From: Blastocladiella emersonii ATCC 22665
Taxonomy: Eukaryota; Fungi; Blastocladiomycota
Direction: 5' to 3'
Assembly (NCBI GenBank): GCA_025594325.1
Contig: JANHCV010000014.1
Location: forward strand, 558,001-622,000
DNA length: 64,000 nt
Program-made: the position numbers and the translations under genes
Notes under the pieces: generated by a model
What the model saw: the letters and a program-made list of their open reading frames with translations, nothing else
The model's database searches: none
What the model was told of the DNA's origin: nothing
In this document: positions 11,759-24,692 of the stretch, piece by piece
Position numbering within the stretch: the first letter of the stretch is position 1
Layout of the letters: the number at the start of each line of letters is the position of its first letter

Positions 11759-12633
11759 GGCGGCGGCCGGCGGCGGGAGTAGATCAAGGCGGACAGCCCG
11801 CGGTCCAGTAGATGCGTTGCGCCAAGTCGCGACTTTTGATACGTTCGTTACGTTCGCTGAGCGAGGAGCGGGAGCGACGACCGGCGAGCGAGCGAGGGAA
11901 CGCAGCTGGAAGCGGCGTCGCGTGGCGCGGCTGCCACCCCCGTCGACTGACCGATCCAGCGCGCGCGAGCGTGCGAACGCGCCAAGATGGGAAGGTGCGA
12001 GACAAACGCGTCTCGCCGCGCTGCGATCCACGCGCGGATGCTTGTTCCTACAAGTTCCCGCCGCCGTCTAACATACTCCTCTCGCGCGGTCCGCCTTCCC
12101 CTTCGGGCCTCAGCGCGCGCCGCCGTCTCTTCTCTCCCTCTCCCTCAACCAACCTCAACACGACGACCGCGCGTCCCTGAACCCATCGACGCCCGTTCTG
12201 GAACTCTTCCCCTCTCGCAGGACTTGCGGGACTTTTCGCACACCCTCGCACGGTCGCGCGCGGGCCCACGCATCTGCATCCGCGCATCCGTCGTTCCTGC
12301 AAGCTTGCTGGCCGCCCATTGGCCCGCCGATTGGCCTCGTGCACCGACTGCCTCGACGCCACACGCCGCTGCGGCGCCGCACTCCCCTCCCCTCAGCCCC
12401 AGCCGCTCCCTTGCGTTGCGCTCCTCATCCTCGCTTCGTCCCCGCTCCCTCGGTTCGGTCAACGACGACGGCGACTATCCCTCCTAGACTCGCTGCACAC
12501 GCCGCCGCCGACGCCGACGACCGCCCTCCGCATGCACCCCGACGCGGCCGTCTAGATCGTCGCGCTCTTCCTCCCTTAGACTCTCGCTCGCTCTCGCATC
12601 GCAAACCCGTCCATCCACTCGCTCGCTACCATC

Positions 12634-14460
12634 ATGCGGGCCTCGACCCTCCTCGCCACGGCGCTCGTGGCCATCCTCGCCGCCGCCGCGACCCCGGCGC
12701 TCGCCCAGGCCGCCGCCGCCGCGCCGCGCAACTCGGTGCAGGACGCCGGCCCGCGGGCAGGTTCCTATCGTATCTGGACGGCCGCCCCAGTCCCTGCGAC
12801 GTGGCCCGTCGTCTTCGCCGCGGTCCCGCCCAACACCGACTACACGAACCGCAACTCGCCGGCGCAGGACCCGGACACGAACGTGTACACGTGGACCTTC
12901 TCTTCCTCGCCGGGCGCGGCTCCCGCGCCGCAGGCGTGCACGGTCGGCGGGATCCCGTACCAGTCGCCGTGTGTCGGCAAGGTCGTCGAGTACACGTTCA
13001 ACGGCGCGGGCACCTTCGACGCCGTGTGCACCGTGACGCCCGCGAGCGGTGGGACCCCGACGGCGGTCCTGACGGCGCGCGTCATGATCGCGGCGGGGGT
13101 CAACAAGGCGCGGCGGACCGTGCGGCGCGAGTTCCGCGACATGCCGCCCGCCGACTGGAACAAGTGGGTCAGCGGCGTGCTCGGGCTCAAGGCCATCAAG
13201 GTCTGGGACCACCTCGCCCTGATCCACGCCAACACGTTCCTCAACTCGTCGGCGTCGCTGCCGGGCAGCAACCCCCGATCCGTCGGCCACTCGTCGCCCG
13301 CGTTCCTGACCTGGCACCGCGCGTACCTGCGCATCATCGAGCGGCTCATCCAGAAGTTTGTCATGGACGACACCCTCGGCCTGCCGTACTGGGACTGGAC
13401 CATCGACGCGGCCGGCGGCATGGCCGACAAGTACCCGGACACGCACCCGAACGCGGCCTTCCTCAAGGCGTTCGTCCCCTCGAAGCAGTCGCCCGTGTCC
13501 CTCTTCACGGACCGCTGGGTCGGGCCCAACGGCGACCCCGCCAAGGGCAACGGCGTGCCCTCGGGCCCCTTCTGCGCCCCCGAGTCGGCCGCGTCGCCCG
13601 ACCAGTGCAAGTCGCGGTGGAACCTCCCCGCCAAGTTCCAGCTCGGCACCACGGTCCTGATCCGCACCGTCGCCGCCGAGCCCGTCAAGCTGCCCACGCC
13701 CGACCAGGTCAACCGGATTTTGGGGATTTCGACCTACGACACGGCGCCGTACGAGTCCAAGTGGACGGGCGCCTTTGCCAAGAACGCCGCCGGCAGCTTC
13801 CGCGGCGCCCTCGAGGGCTGGACCAACGCCGAGGGGACTGGGATGCACAACGACATGCACCGGTACATTGGCGGGATCATGCTTAACGTCCGGTACGTCT
13901 CTCTGGTGCTCGAGCCCGTGCCCCGGCCACTCCCACTGACCCCCGACCCGCGTAGATACTCGATTTTGGATCCCGTCTTCACGATCACACACAACAACGT
14001 GGAGCGCATCTTCCAGCTCTGGCAGCAGAAGCAGAACTGCTTCAACACCGCGTGCTTCCGCCCGCGCCAGCAGGACCTCGACATGACCGTGCCCGGCGTC
14101 ATCGCGACCCAGTCGGGCCTCCGCCTCCGCGGCCACATGCTCGACGACAACATGGAGCCGTGGCGCGTCCGCCACGCCGACGTCTGGGGCGACGCCAACT
14201 CGAACTCGGTCCTCTCCGAGTACTCGTACGCCAACCCGCGCGACCCCGCGCCCACGGGAGGTGACGTGGCCGCGGCCCCGAGTACGGATACCCGCGACGC
14301 GGTCGCCCCGAGTAACCCGCCCGTCAACGCGGCGCCCACCGGGATCCCCGCGACCAGCGGGAGCAACACCGTGTCTGGCGCCGCGCCCAAGGTGGCAGGT
14401 GGCGCGGTGTACGCGGCGGTCGTCGGCGCGGTCGTCGTGGCGCTCGCTGTGATCGCGTAA
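12634..14460 (+). CDS. Secreted/GPI-anchored type-3 copper tyrosinase with N-terminal PKD/Ig-like segment (587 aa after splicing)
   Basis: Signal peptide. CuA-like HLALIH..GHSSPAFLTWHRAYL and LPYWDWT. CuB-like MHNDMHRYIGGIM..S.LDPVF..THNNVERI. Stopless 63-nt intron 13893-13955. C-terminal Ser/Gly/Ala stretch plus hydrophobic tail. Confidence 0.9.
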   Translation: MRASTLLATALVAILAAAATPALAQAAAAAPRNSVQDAGPRAGSYRIWTAAPVPATWPVVFAAVPPNTDYTNRNSPAQDPDTNVYTWTFSSSPGAAPAPQACTVGGIPYQSPCVGKVVEYTFNGAGTFDAVCTVTPASGGTPTAVLTARVMIAAGVNKARRTVRREFRDMPPADWNKWVSGVLGLKAIKVWDHLALIHANTFLNSSASLPGSNPRSVGHSSPAFLTWHRAYLRIIERLIQKFVMDDTLGLPYWDWTIDAAGGMADKYPDTHPNAAFLKAFVPSKQSPVSLFTDRWVGPNGDPAKGNGVPSGPFCAPESAASPDQCKSRWNLPAKFQLGTTVLIRTVAAEPVKLPTPDQVNRILGISTYDTAPYESKWTGAFAKNAAGSFRGALEGWTNAEGTGMHNDMHRYIGGIMLNVRYVSLVLEPVPRPLPLTPDPRRYSILDPVFTITHNNVERIFQLWQQKQNCFNTACFRPRQQDLDMTVPGVIATQSGLRLRGHMLDDNMEPWRVRHADVWGDANSNSVLSEYSYANPRDPAPTGGDVAAAPSTDTRDAVAPSNPPVNAAPTGIPATSGSNTVSGAAPKVAGGAVYAAVVGAVVVALAVIA

Positions 14461-16104
14461 GGCTGTTGTCGGTGTCGCCTTGGGTGTGTTCTCGTTCCTG
14501 CGCGCTTGTACCCTCGTTTGTTCTTCTCTCTTGTTGTTATTCTCTCCCCCTCATCGCTCATTCTGTGCCATTATGATACACACACATCAATCACTTCGCA
14601 TTCCGCACCATGGCTTTCGTCCGCGAGCTTTTGAGACCGCTCAATCGGGCTCGCGACGTGCGAGCGGGTCTTGTGTGGCGCAACGCGTCGCTGGCGATCA
14701 GCTGACGCGCTACGACGCGGCGCGACGACGCGTCGTCGGGCCCGCGGCTGACGGGACAAGTCCCGTGGCGAGCGGGGCTCCAGCTCAGCGGATGCAACGC
14801 AACGGAGCGGCATGTAACGCTGCCCGTGGCCGGTTCGCCCGTGGCGCGGGGGCGAGCCCCGCGAGCGGCGGCTTCCACCACGCTGATCGTCGTTGCGTCA
14901 CGGGTCGACGGCGCCGCGGTTGCACGCTTCCGCTGACGTGGATTCCCGGGGTTGTTCGGGCAACCATCGGCCGGTGACCCGCGCGCATCATGGTCGTGCA
15001 GGGTGCCGCATCGTCAATAATGAGAACGCGATCCAGCCCTCCGCGCCACCGCTCGAGCGCTTGCGCCAGTTCATTCGCCGACCGGCGTCGTTCTGCTATA
15101 GCTCGCGCTTGATGCCAACCGCAAGCTCATAGCACACACCATATCAAGTCGCTGCTCGCGCTTGCTCTTGAAAGCAGCTGTCCGGGTTGTGTGTGTGCCC
15201 TTGGCCGAACCGAGCGGATTCTACCGCGCCTTCCAAGCACTCGGCCTGACTGTTCAGGGACGTGCGGGCTGCGGTCGCGCGCCTTATCTGGTTCAGTCCG
15301 GGTCGATTCGGGCGAGCTCACCGCTCCACTTGTGCCGCACGACGTGCTATCGTTTCCGCTCTCGAAGCTAGAGTGAAGCTGCTTGAAGCCGCGCGCGCAG
15401 GAAGATTGCGGCCAAGCTCGAGCGGCTCGCCGTGTCCCCGCCACCAACGACTACCGAATCTTGCGCCGCGGCGGCCGAGCCTTTCGTTCCTGCAGTCGAT
15501 CCACACTCCCCAACTCCAGATTTTCAGCTTACGACTGCTGATACTAGATCAACTCGCGCGTAAGCTGAAAGCCAGGAGTTGCAGCTATCTCAGTGAAAAC
15601 GGCGTGCTTTCACGGCCTCCACGATGGAACTGGCAGACTCGCGGGTGGTGGCCGTGGGCCCGTTGACAGCGTGGAACTAACCATCCAGGTCATGGCCACA
15701 GCCACAACACGGGTCGATGTACGAATGTAAGCGCCAGATCCATCGAGTCTGGTCCAAGGCGGAGACGGTGGCGCAGACGCGGTTAGCGAGCCGGATTACA
15801 GGGTGCGACAGGGCGAGGTGCAGGACCTGCGTGATGATCTTGGGCGGAGGCTAGGGGAGCTCCAGGTAGGCTCCCGGTGCAATGTTTTGGTACTTGCAAG
15901 AAGTTCTTTCGTCCAGATCCATGAAAGCAGGTCAATGATACACGGGCGGTCGGGAGCGAGGATTGCAGCGCGAAGCGGCGAAGGGAAAAGAGAGAGTGGC
16001 GCAGCGCGCATGTGAGACCCGGTGAGCAGAGCAGTGAGCCTAGCAGCAAGCACCGCAGAGCCGAGCTCGCGCTCCCCCGACGAAGCACTAAAACGCAACG
16101 CACC

Positions 16105-18503
16105 ATGAAAACCAATGAACACACTCTATGCAACGTGCCCGGAGACTCGGTCGGCAGCCCCTTGCGGCTCGCAGTGCTTCCCGCCGAGCTCACGTCGCAC
16201 ATCCTCTGCCTCGCTGCTCCGCGCTCGGCCATTCCGCTTGCTACCCGGGGATTTGCTGCGCTTGCCTCGGACCACTGGACGCAGCTGAGCTGGAGGCTAC
16301 TTGTGATCCGCTGGCAGATTCGTGTCGGCGATTGCACGCCAAACAACCCCTCAAGCGACCGACTGCTTCTCAGCCCGTATTTGGAGCATCTCGCCCAAGC
16401 CGAGAGGTCAGCTGCCAAGTCACGCGGCTACGAACCTGTACGCTGGCTTCCCGGAAACGACGTCTTGGATAACCGCGTGCTCGAGTACCTTATTCCTCAG
16501 TTCTCACTGGCTTTGCCTCCGGAGCCGTTCGCCGGAGATTGCGACGATTGGACGGAGATTTCCGAGCTGGTTCAGCTCGCAACATACCTCGTCGCGATTG
16601 GGAGCACAGATCGGCTCGCTGTAGTCCTGGACGCCTTGAATGCCGAGCTAATCACGCATCATCGCTTTCCCCTCAATGCGTGGGTCAATATCGACGTGGA
16701 TTGGCGAGATTCCGTCATTGCGGCGCTCTCGGACCACTGCTACGAGCTGAATCGCGACCTTGACCTACATCCAGCTCCATCGTTTATCGAGTACTTGCTT
16801 ATTTGTGCATTCAAGTGGTGGCGGCCCGAGGTCATCCCGATCCTTGAGCAGCCCAAGTATGGCCTCAACCTCGTCCAATTTCGCGCAGACTTCGATACGT
16901 ACCAATGCCTTTTGCCCATCAGTCTTGCTGGGCACGCGTCGCTACCTACGGAGCTTGTCGTTACAACACTTGACTGGTTTGTTGGGCCAATCCAACGAGG
17001 ACGGGCGGTATCGCCCGTTTGTGCACTCTCGATCACCTGCAGCGCCGTCACTGCACTTGAACTTCTTCGACGCTACAATACTGCGGAGACGCTTGCCTTC
17101 CAGCCTGCCAAGGAAGTTCATGACATGGCAGCTCACGTCTTGGCCAGGCTCGGGATCAGCGTGGAGAAACTAAGTGTGGAGGGGAATCTTGGCGTGCACG
17201 CGGCGGCCGTACTTGACCTTGTTCGGCACCACGCGTTTCAGCAGGAACATTGCGCCGGGATTCTTCTCGGTCTCCTGAGAACCGATTCAGACCATCTCGG
17301 AGAATTCGTTTCCAGTCTCCCGTCGCGCAATCGAACCAAGGTCTTTGTCAGCGGTGCGTACTTTTTGTACCTGTGGCTTCACAGCGTATAATCGCCAACT
17401 GACGCGACATCTGTTTAGCCGCTCGAATCGCGCTTGGAACCGTTGCTTCATCAGATCACCCTGACTTTGACTTTGACTTGGGACAACACCCGTGGGCTAC
17501 GTCACCCGCCCTGATCCTCGAGCGTGACCCTCACACGGCTCTCACAACGCTCAAATCCCTCGTTGAGCTGTCCGTGGCATGCGGTTGCCCCGCCATGATC
17601 TTTGATTCGCCCTTGCTTGCGGTGCTCGCCGAAATGGATGCACTTGGCGACATGATTGCGGTGATGCGCATGTACACCTCGCCATTGGAGCTCTTCAAGC
17701 GGTACGACGAAATCATGCCTGGAAACGCGGCCGATGGCACTGTCCTCGCCGATCTCAGCGTATTGGCTCACATGGGTCCGCTGCTTGCTGCTTTGCTCAG
17801 CGACCAGACGACCGCAACTGAAACTTTGGCCTTTCTTACTCTTGGACACCCGCGTTACCAGTTGCCGTGTATGGGCAAGCATTTGCACTCCCTTTTCATG
17901 CCTAGCGTCCGCAACGCCCCTGCTCTCAAATTTGGCTGGAATGTGGACGCGTACGCGGCTTCGCTTCTCAAGCACTTGACGCCAGCGGACCTTGCTTCAA
18001 ACGTTGCCTTTTCAGTGGCGGATCTTGCCGCGAATATGGTCTTCCACACTTGCGTTGTCTCACTGGATCCTCGGCCGCCTCCGCCGGGCCTAAAGGATCC
18101 AAAGTGGGAGCCGTGGCAGTACGCCATCAACTCAGCGCTCAACAGTATCCCCCGGCGCAGGCTTACAGTCAAAACGGTGCTTCCAGAAGTTGCCTCCAGC
18201 CTACTCTCAAAAGCCGCTCTCCAAGAGACTTATGCGCTCTGGTGTGTTGAACTTTCGGACGGGATTATTGGTCCGGCTTCGTCAGCAGTCTGGGTTGTGC
18301 GTCTGCTCTGCTCTACTGCACCCACGCTCGTCATGAAGGAGCTCATTCAGCTCTCGCCAACAGACCCGCTCCCGATCTGGGGTGTGCTTCCGCCAGGCGC
18401 ACTGGCATCCGTCTATTCGGCGGAATGGCTGCTTCAGGCGGTCACCTCAGCGTTGTGCAACTCGGCTAAACTTGACAAAGCAGGCTGGAAGAAACTCTTC
18501 TAG
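16105..18503 (+). CDS. F-box-like helical superfamily member A3 (777 aa, 2 exons)
   Basis: LAVLPAELTSHILCLAAPRSAIPLATRGF N-terminus. Phase-1 intron 17354-17418 (GTGCGT..CTGAC..TTAG) joins the two ORF-track pieces in frame. The TAG at 18501 may be premature (43 more codons follow). Confidence 0.8.
16114..16133 (+). promoter_or_regulatory. Start-proximal motif variant (A3)
   Basis: AATGAACACACTCTATGCAA. Confidence 0.4.
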
Positions 18504-19762
18504 AGAATTTGGGCTGCGGCGGGCGACCTCGCGTACTCGGACAAGTTTCGCGCCCTCTTCAGAGCAGAGTGCGCGAAGCGAGGTGGTTCGAGGATTGCAG
18601 AGTCGCTCTACAAGAAGCATGATGGCCCAAAATAAAGAAATCTTTGTTTTACCTATTCATTCCGCCTCTCCTGGTTGTTCTCATCGTGAGGTTGCTCTGG
18701 TCGCCGCTTACCATGAATCGAGTAGCACAATTGGGTGCAAATCCCATCGCGCACAGGTTTCTCGGCTGCTTGCACAACTTCAGGCAAAAAGCTGGCAACG
18801 AAGCGCGTCTCGCGCCTACGTCTGGAGGGTGCCCGGTTTGCTCGTCTTCGGGTCGTACGTGAAGACCTACATTGATGAAGGAGCAAGGTTAAAATCGTCG
18901 TGAGGAAGATGCGGCGTGCTGAGAGCGTACTTGAGTCTCGTGGCTGTCGATCCCTGCCTGCTCGAGCAGGAAGCCATCCGAAAGCCCGCGAATCAACGCG
19001 CGGATGGCGTCGGGGTTCAGCGAAGCGAATTCAAGCTCGGCAGCATTGAGGGCCTTCATGATAGTGTGCTCACTCGCGAAATCCTCGTGGGTCAAGTATA
19101 CTTCACGAGGAGCCCACCAAAGCGACAAGGTCTGTCAGAGCTTCCGCTCGCGTACATGGAGCGCAGCCGTATTAACGTACAGGTTGGTTCGGACAAGCCG
19201 GATCAGCCTGTGATCCCCCCGCTCTCCGTCGCCCGCGACTTCATAGCGGTTCAGCGAGCGTGCTGCATAACGTTGGCGCGGTGCTCGACCGACTTCTTGT
19301 GGCGACGAAGACCGTCGGTGCGGAAATGCGCGCCGCACGCGACACACTAGTCGTAGCCGTTGCCGCTTTCAAAGGCGGGGGGGGGGGGGGGGGGAAGGTC
19401 GGCGGACGGCTTCGTGGCCCAACTGACTTGGCGCATGGGCGAGTCGAGCCACTCGCGATCATGTTCATTGGGGCTCGGAGCATTTATTGCAGCAAGTGCA
19501 TCAGGTTCCATGGTCCAGAGTCGACGGGGGCAGAGGGAGGTAGCGGAGGCGGGCTGCCTTGCGCCGCGACGGCTGCGTGGGGAAAAGGGCCCACGTGCGG
19601 TGAACGACACGCTTTTCGCCGACTCGAAGCGGCCCTCGCGAGCCACGCACAGCGGCAACGGAGTCCCTCACAGTTTCAAAGTCGAAAGCGAATGACAAAG
19701 GAAGATCGAGGGTATATACGAGCGGGCATGAACTACCCGCGCAGGAACACAAATGAACAAAA

Positions 19763-20971
19763 CTAGAACGACAGGCGGCTGAGGGCAAACAAGTAGTACA
19801 TGACCATCATGGCGTCGCGTTCGGCGGACGGCGTCAGGTCCCACTCGTCGCGCTCCTCGTACACGTTGAACCCCGTCAGCTGCACCACCGCCAGGGACGC
19901 GAGGGCGCGCGCCGCGACGCACGGACCCGCCTCGTGACCGACCTCGACGTGCGAGTCGTGCAGGCGGCTCATGTACCCAACGTACGCGCGGAAATCGGCC
20001 GCGTGCTGCGGCGTCTCGAACATCCCGCCGCGCTGCTTGTCTGTCAACAGGCAATCGACCTTGGCGTCAAGCGCCGTGAGGGCCTGCTCGACGGGCAGCG
20101 GGAGCGACTTGCGCGTGATGGTTGGCTCGGGCGAGTGATCGTTGCGCGGATCGAAGCGCCACGCAAAAATGTTGAGGAACTCGCGGTGCTCGTGCAGCAG
20201 AACGGCAATCTTGTTGATGAGCTTGGGCGAGAGGGCCTCCTCCTTGCGGAACTCTCCGAGCTGAGTGCCGAGGTAGTCGAACAGCGAGGCGGGGAGGTAG
20301 CGCTCGATGCGGAGCAGCGACTCGAACTGCCACACCGGCACCCGCTCGGTGATGATGCGGGCCGACCCGAGCCGGTGCTCCGCGACGAGCTGCTTGATCA
20401 ATGCGCCGTGCACGCCGCGGACACCAGGGCGAGCGAGCGAGTCGCCGTTGCGCGCCATCTAGTCGAGCGTACCGGCGACACCGGTCAGGGGCTGGCGGCG
20501 ACGACCGCACAGCTGCTGGATCCGCGAGAAGGCACGGTTCCCGGCGGCAGGTACCGTGGAAGCGACACGGCGTGCAGCATCCGAGGCCGACCGCGTGGCA
20601 CGATGAACTGCGTCCGAAGTCGACTGCGCGGCATGGCGGACCGCGGTGGCCGCCGCATGCATGCGCGCGCTGGCCTCGGACTTGGAGCCGGTCGAAGCGT
20701 CATGAATGCGCTCCGTGGAGCTGGTCGGGGTGGTCGCCACGATGCCCGAGTTGGTGAGGGTGACCTGGGCGAGCGACTGCGGGTCACACCCGGCCGAAGA
20801 GCTGCCAATGAAGGGATGGCGGCAGGTTGAGGCCGAGACGAAAGCAGGGGTGCCAGCGGCGCCGTTCTTGGAACGAACGGTGGATGCCGCGACACGAGTC
20901 GAAGACGAAACGGGCGTGCGAGCACGGATGCTGGTCGGAAGCGATGCCATGAGCTTGATGATGTGCGACAT
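19763..20971 (-). CDS. Hypothetical protein(s): 170-aa Ser/Ala-rich ORF and 231-aa globular ORF in one frame, separated only by TAG
   Basis: MSHIIKLMASLP..GTLD-TAG(20461-20459)-ATG ARNGDSL.. The downstream part has GC3-rich coding-like composition. No recognisable domain. Confidence 0.5.
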
Positions 20972-22696
20972 GGTGCTGATGGCTGTTGTGTCCGGGTGGC
21001 GATGGTGCGCAAATGCTGTCGTGTTGTCGTGGACGGGGGTGCAGTGATGTATGGGCTCAAGTAGCGGGGCTAGTAGAGCGGAACTCACGGCAAGGGGCTT
21101 TTGGAAGTGCTCGCAAGATTCATGCAATGGGAAACTCGGAACACTTGGGGAGCGAGAGAGCGGGAGCGCCGAGGGGGGACTCGTGCATTTGTACCCTGCT
21201 CTGACGGTATATGCACTCTTGGCTTGCTGAATGTCCCCGAGCAGGAAAGCCGTCAACTTCCGCGCATTTTGTCAGCTGATGCGCATAATCTGTTGGAGGA
21301 TTCCACTGATGCCAATCGTACCCGGATAGCACGGGTGCACCCTTGGCTGCCCTTCGTATCCGACCAAGGCAGAGAGGCTCAAGCAGATCAACTATTGCTC
21401 GGGACACATGGAGATGGCAGGAAGGACTTCGAAAGTCTTTCAGTTTCGACAAAGGTCCGTCATCCGCGGAGCGAAACGAGGTGCGAGACGCGACGGGATA
21501 TCACGCCGCGAACGCGAGACACTTTCGACTCTACTTCGCCCACTCGGTTTACGAAGGCGCATCGCTACTCTTCGACCGGACTTGTTGCAATGTCATCACA
21601 TGAACCTCAATGAGCAGCCAGTAGCAGCAAACGGTCGCTGGCGCCTTCTTGCCTGACTTATGTGTGTCCAGCGCAAGGCCTTGGACCGCTTGCTCATGCG
21701 CGGCCGGTTCGGTGCTCTTGCGAACGCCTCGAAGAGATGCCCTCACGCTAAAGACTGAATGACAAGTCGAAGATGCTGAGCGCATGGAGTGCGGGCAGCG
21801 GAGCAAAACAAAGCTCGCTGCCGCGTGAGGGTCCTTGAACACGCCTCGCCGGGGACCGCGACGCGCCAGCGAGCCCATCTTGGAGTTGACGATGTAGTCG
21901 CAGATTCCGACATCGCTCGCGTCCGCGGAAGCAGCGCGTCGACCAGTCGTCGCGTTCCACGGGTACCTCCCGTCGTCGAGTCCCACTAGCCTTGAATGAG
22001 CAGTCGCGTCAACATCCGTGGCCGGCAGTTGAGCAAGCGAGCGGATTGTCACGTACCCCACCGTAGTCTCGCCCGCCATCCACTCGAGCCTTGGTCGCCG
22101 TGCTTCGCGGCAAGCTTGCTACTGGCAGCGAGAAGCAGAAGCATGTCGATGTGGACGGGGGAAGCGCTTGACGCACGCGCGTCGCAGTTTTGTTGATCAC
22201 GGTGTCGATGATGCTCGAGAAACGGATGATGTCGTCGGACTACCAACGTTTCGACTCGAAGCACGGTGGACCGGGCGTCAGTCAGCTCTGTTGCAGCTCA
22301 TCGAGGGGGACGAGGCGTGAGTGATCATTGGCTGAGCAGGGATGGCTGCGGCGACCGACCAGGACAACACGTTCCATGCTGGACGAAGACCTGCGCCACC
22401 GCCGCCGACACAAGCACAACGACAACGTGGACTCGAACGTGTGCGCACGCGTGACCGGGCTTGGGTTTGAGAGTCGGGTGTTGCACACGTCGAGCTTGGT
22501 ATGCGCGCGGTGCGTCGGTCATGCGGGTAGCTAGCGCGCACTTCTTGAAGTCGAGCAAGTTCGAGCGTAGTTTAGCAAAGTCGATCGGCTGAGGTTCAAT
22601 CAGTGCGAGAGGCATGTCGCGGTTCATGAGCAATCGGTGCCCTCCACGGCCACGTCCACAGGGCGAGGCCACGGACACGTGCTGCTGGGCTGGGCG

Positions 22697-22799
22697 ATGT
22701 CGCGAAAGCAAAGCGTGGCGAGGTGTCGAGGTTGCCGAAGCAGCACATGTCGCGAAAGCAAAGCGTGGCGAGGTGTCGACGTTGCCGAAGCAGCACATG
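22697..22799. repeat. Tandem duplication, 2 x 50 bp
   Basis: ATGTCGCGAAAGCAAAGCGTGGCGAGGTGTCGA(G/C)GTTGCCGAAGCAGCAC repeated at 22697 and 22747 with one mismatch. Confidence 0.95.
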
Positions 22800-24692
22800 A
22801 GCGACGACGAGGAAGATGATCCGGACACGCTTGAGGAAGCGGGGGAGCGGCGGTGGCGATACAATCGATCGGCAGCTCTTATTGAGCATGCATCGCCTGC
22901 TCGGAGGAACCAAGTTCGCGCACGCGTCAGCCCGCTGCATTCTCAACCACTACGCGCAGAAGAGGTGGAGCGTACCGTCACGGAAACGACTCGTCGTCGT
23001 CGTGCAGCACCGCTGGTCGCAGCGACAGCGGCGTCGAGGATGGAGGCGAGTACGGGCGCACGGGGGAAGAAGAACTCGAAGACGGTCGAGTTGGCTACAC
23101 GGCCAATGCAGTCGCGCGGCTTGGTCAGTATGAGCCGCCGTGCGGATGGTCTCGTCTTGGCCACGCGTACCGACATCCTCTAGTTGTCGTGTGATCCGAT
23201 GCGCACGCGGTTCTCCTTGAGCTTGACCTCGTCTCGGTCAACGCGTGGATGACTCGGAGCGGTGGTGGAGATGCAGCCGCCGAGGCCGTCCATGTACGTG
23301 TACGTGTACGAGGCGAGCAGCTGGCCGCGAGCGAGCGACAGCGTGGTGGATTGTTGTTACGCGGCACGCGCGCGCGTACAAACACGAGTCGGGTTGATGC
23401 GAGCGAGGAGAGGTAGCACGACTTCCATCTACTAACGGCCGCGGAGAACAGGCGTCAGCGATCACAGACTCAGGGCACGGGTGTGATCGGAAGAAGGAAA
23501 AAGGCGCCACGTTCCAGGTCCGCTGCTCGAGTGCTGCTGAGTGTCGGTCGACTCATTGATGCCGTAGGTCGTCTCGTCGACTCTCGTGGATCGTGATCAG
23601 CTCGCAGTCGATCATCCCGCCGTTCATCTCAATCGTGTAGTTCGTAGCCGTGGTCGTCGCCCCTGCGCGAGGCCGAGGTTGCCGATGATCACCGAGTCGT
23701 AGCCCTTGATCTCGCGGCGGAGATGCGGCCGAGATGCGCGCTCGAGTGCGTGTCGTAGCAATCGTCGGAGTAGTAGCTGCTGCTGCCGTCGCGCGCTGAC
23801 AGAGCCCCGGCCACGCTCCGTTCGGGGGCTTTCCGCCCTCTAGACTCGAACGACGCGTCAGTTTCCCGTGACGACGCGGCGACAAGAGATCGGTAGCGTT
23901 CTTTTGGAGTAGTACTCCCGCCAAGTTGGCGCGGCGGCGGCGGAACACGGCAACGTTGGCGGGGCGCGGATGAGGATGATCTGGATCGACTTGGACCGCT
24001 GACGGCGCGAGGCGGGGGATCATTGCGTGGACGCACGCAATGGGCCATGGACACGGCGGCAAACGGAAGCGTTTGCGAGAGAGTGGTCGGACTGTTGCGC
24101 GAGTACTTGTTCGAGTCACACACGATGGGTTTCTAGGGCGGAGCAACGAGCGAGCAAGTTGTGAGTGATTGGTCGTGCTCACGCGGTTTGCGACCTGAAG
24201 CGATGACACGTCCCAGGCTGATGGTGACCTTCGACCCCGCCGCGTGACGCTCGCCGCCGACTTGAGCTGGCCGTTCACGTCGCGGCGCGGCGCGTCGTGG
24301 CTGGCCGGAGCTTGGTGTTCGACGCGCGCGTGATATTGTCGCGGAAGTCGAGTCGTCGTTGTCGTTGAGAGCACAGCACCGTGTTGAGCATGAGCTGGGC
24401 CAAGGACTGCTGTCGATGTGTCGAGGATCGAGATGGAGGCGGCCGTGGTAGTTCTAGAACGACCGCGCGACGTCGAGGCGCCCTGCCGCTTGAAGTAGTC
24501 GAAGCAGCGGAAGTTGTTGAGCTTCGACCACGACGGCGGCGAGTACGTGAGGCTCACCCCGGCCCGACCCGACCCGGCGGCGTGCGTAGTCTTGGTCGGT
24601 CGAGAAGTCGTGTGTTGTGCTCGCCCTAGCTCCGGGCGACGCGTCAGTTACGATTCTATTGATGACGACCGACTCTTCGCGTACCATATACG

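Noticed and set aside
14480-16010. Many short overlapping ORFs between tyrosinase and A3
   Set aside because: No codon bias, splice signals or motifs; treated as intergenic.
18889-19347. Two minus-strand ORFs in one frame across a TGA (possible gene relic)
   Set aside because: Too short, with no recognisable homology or splice support to call.
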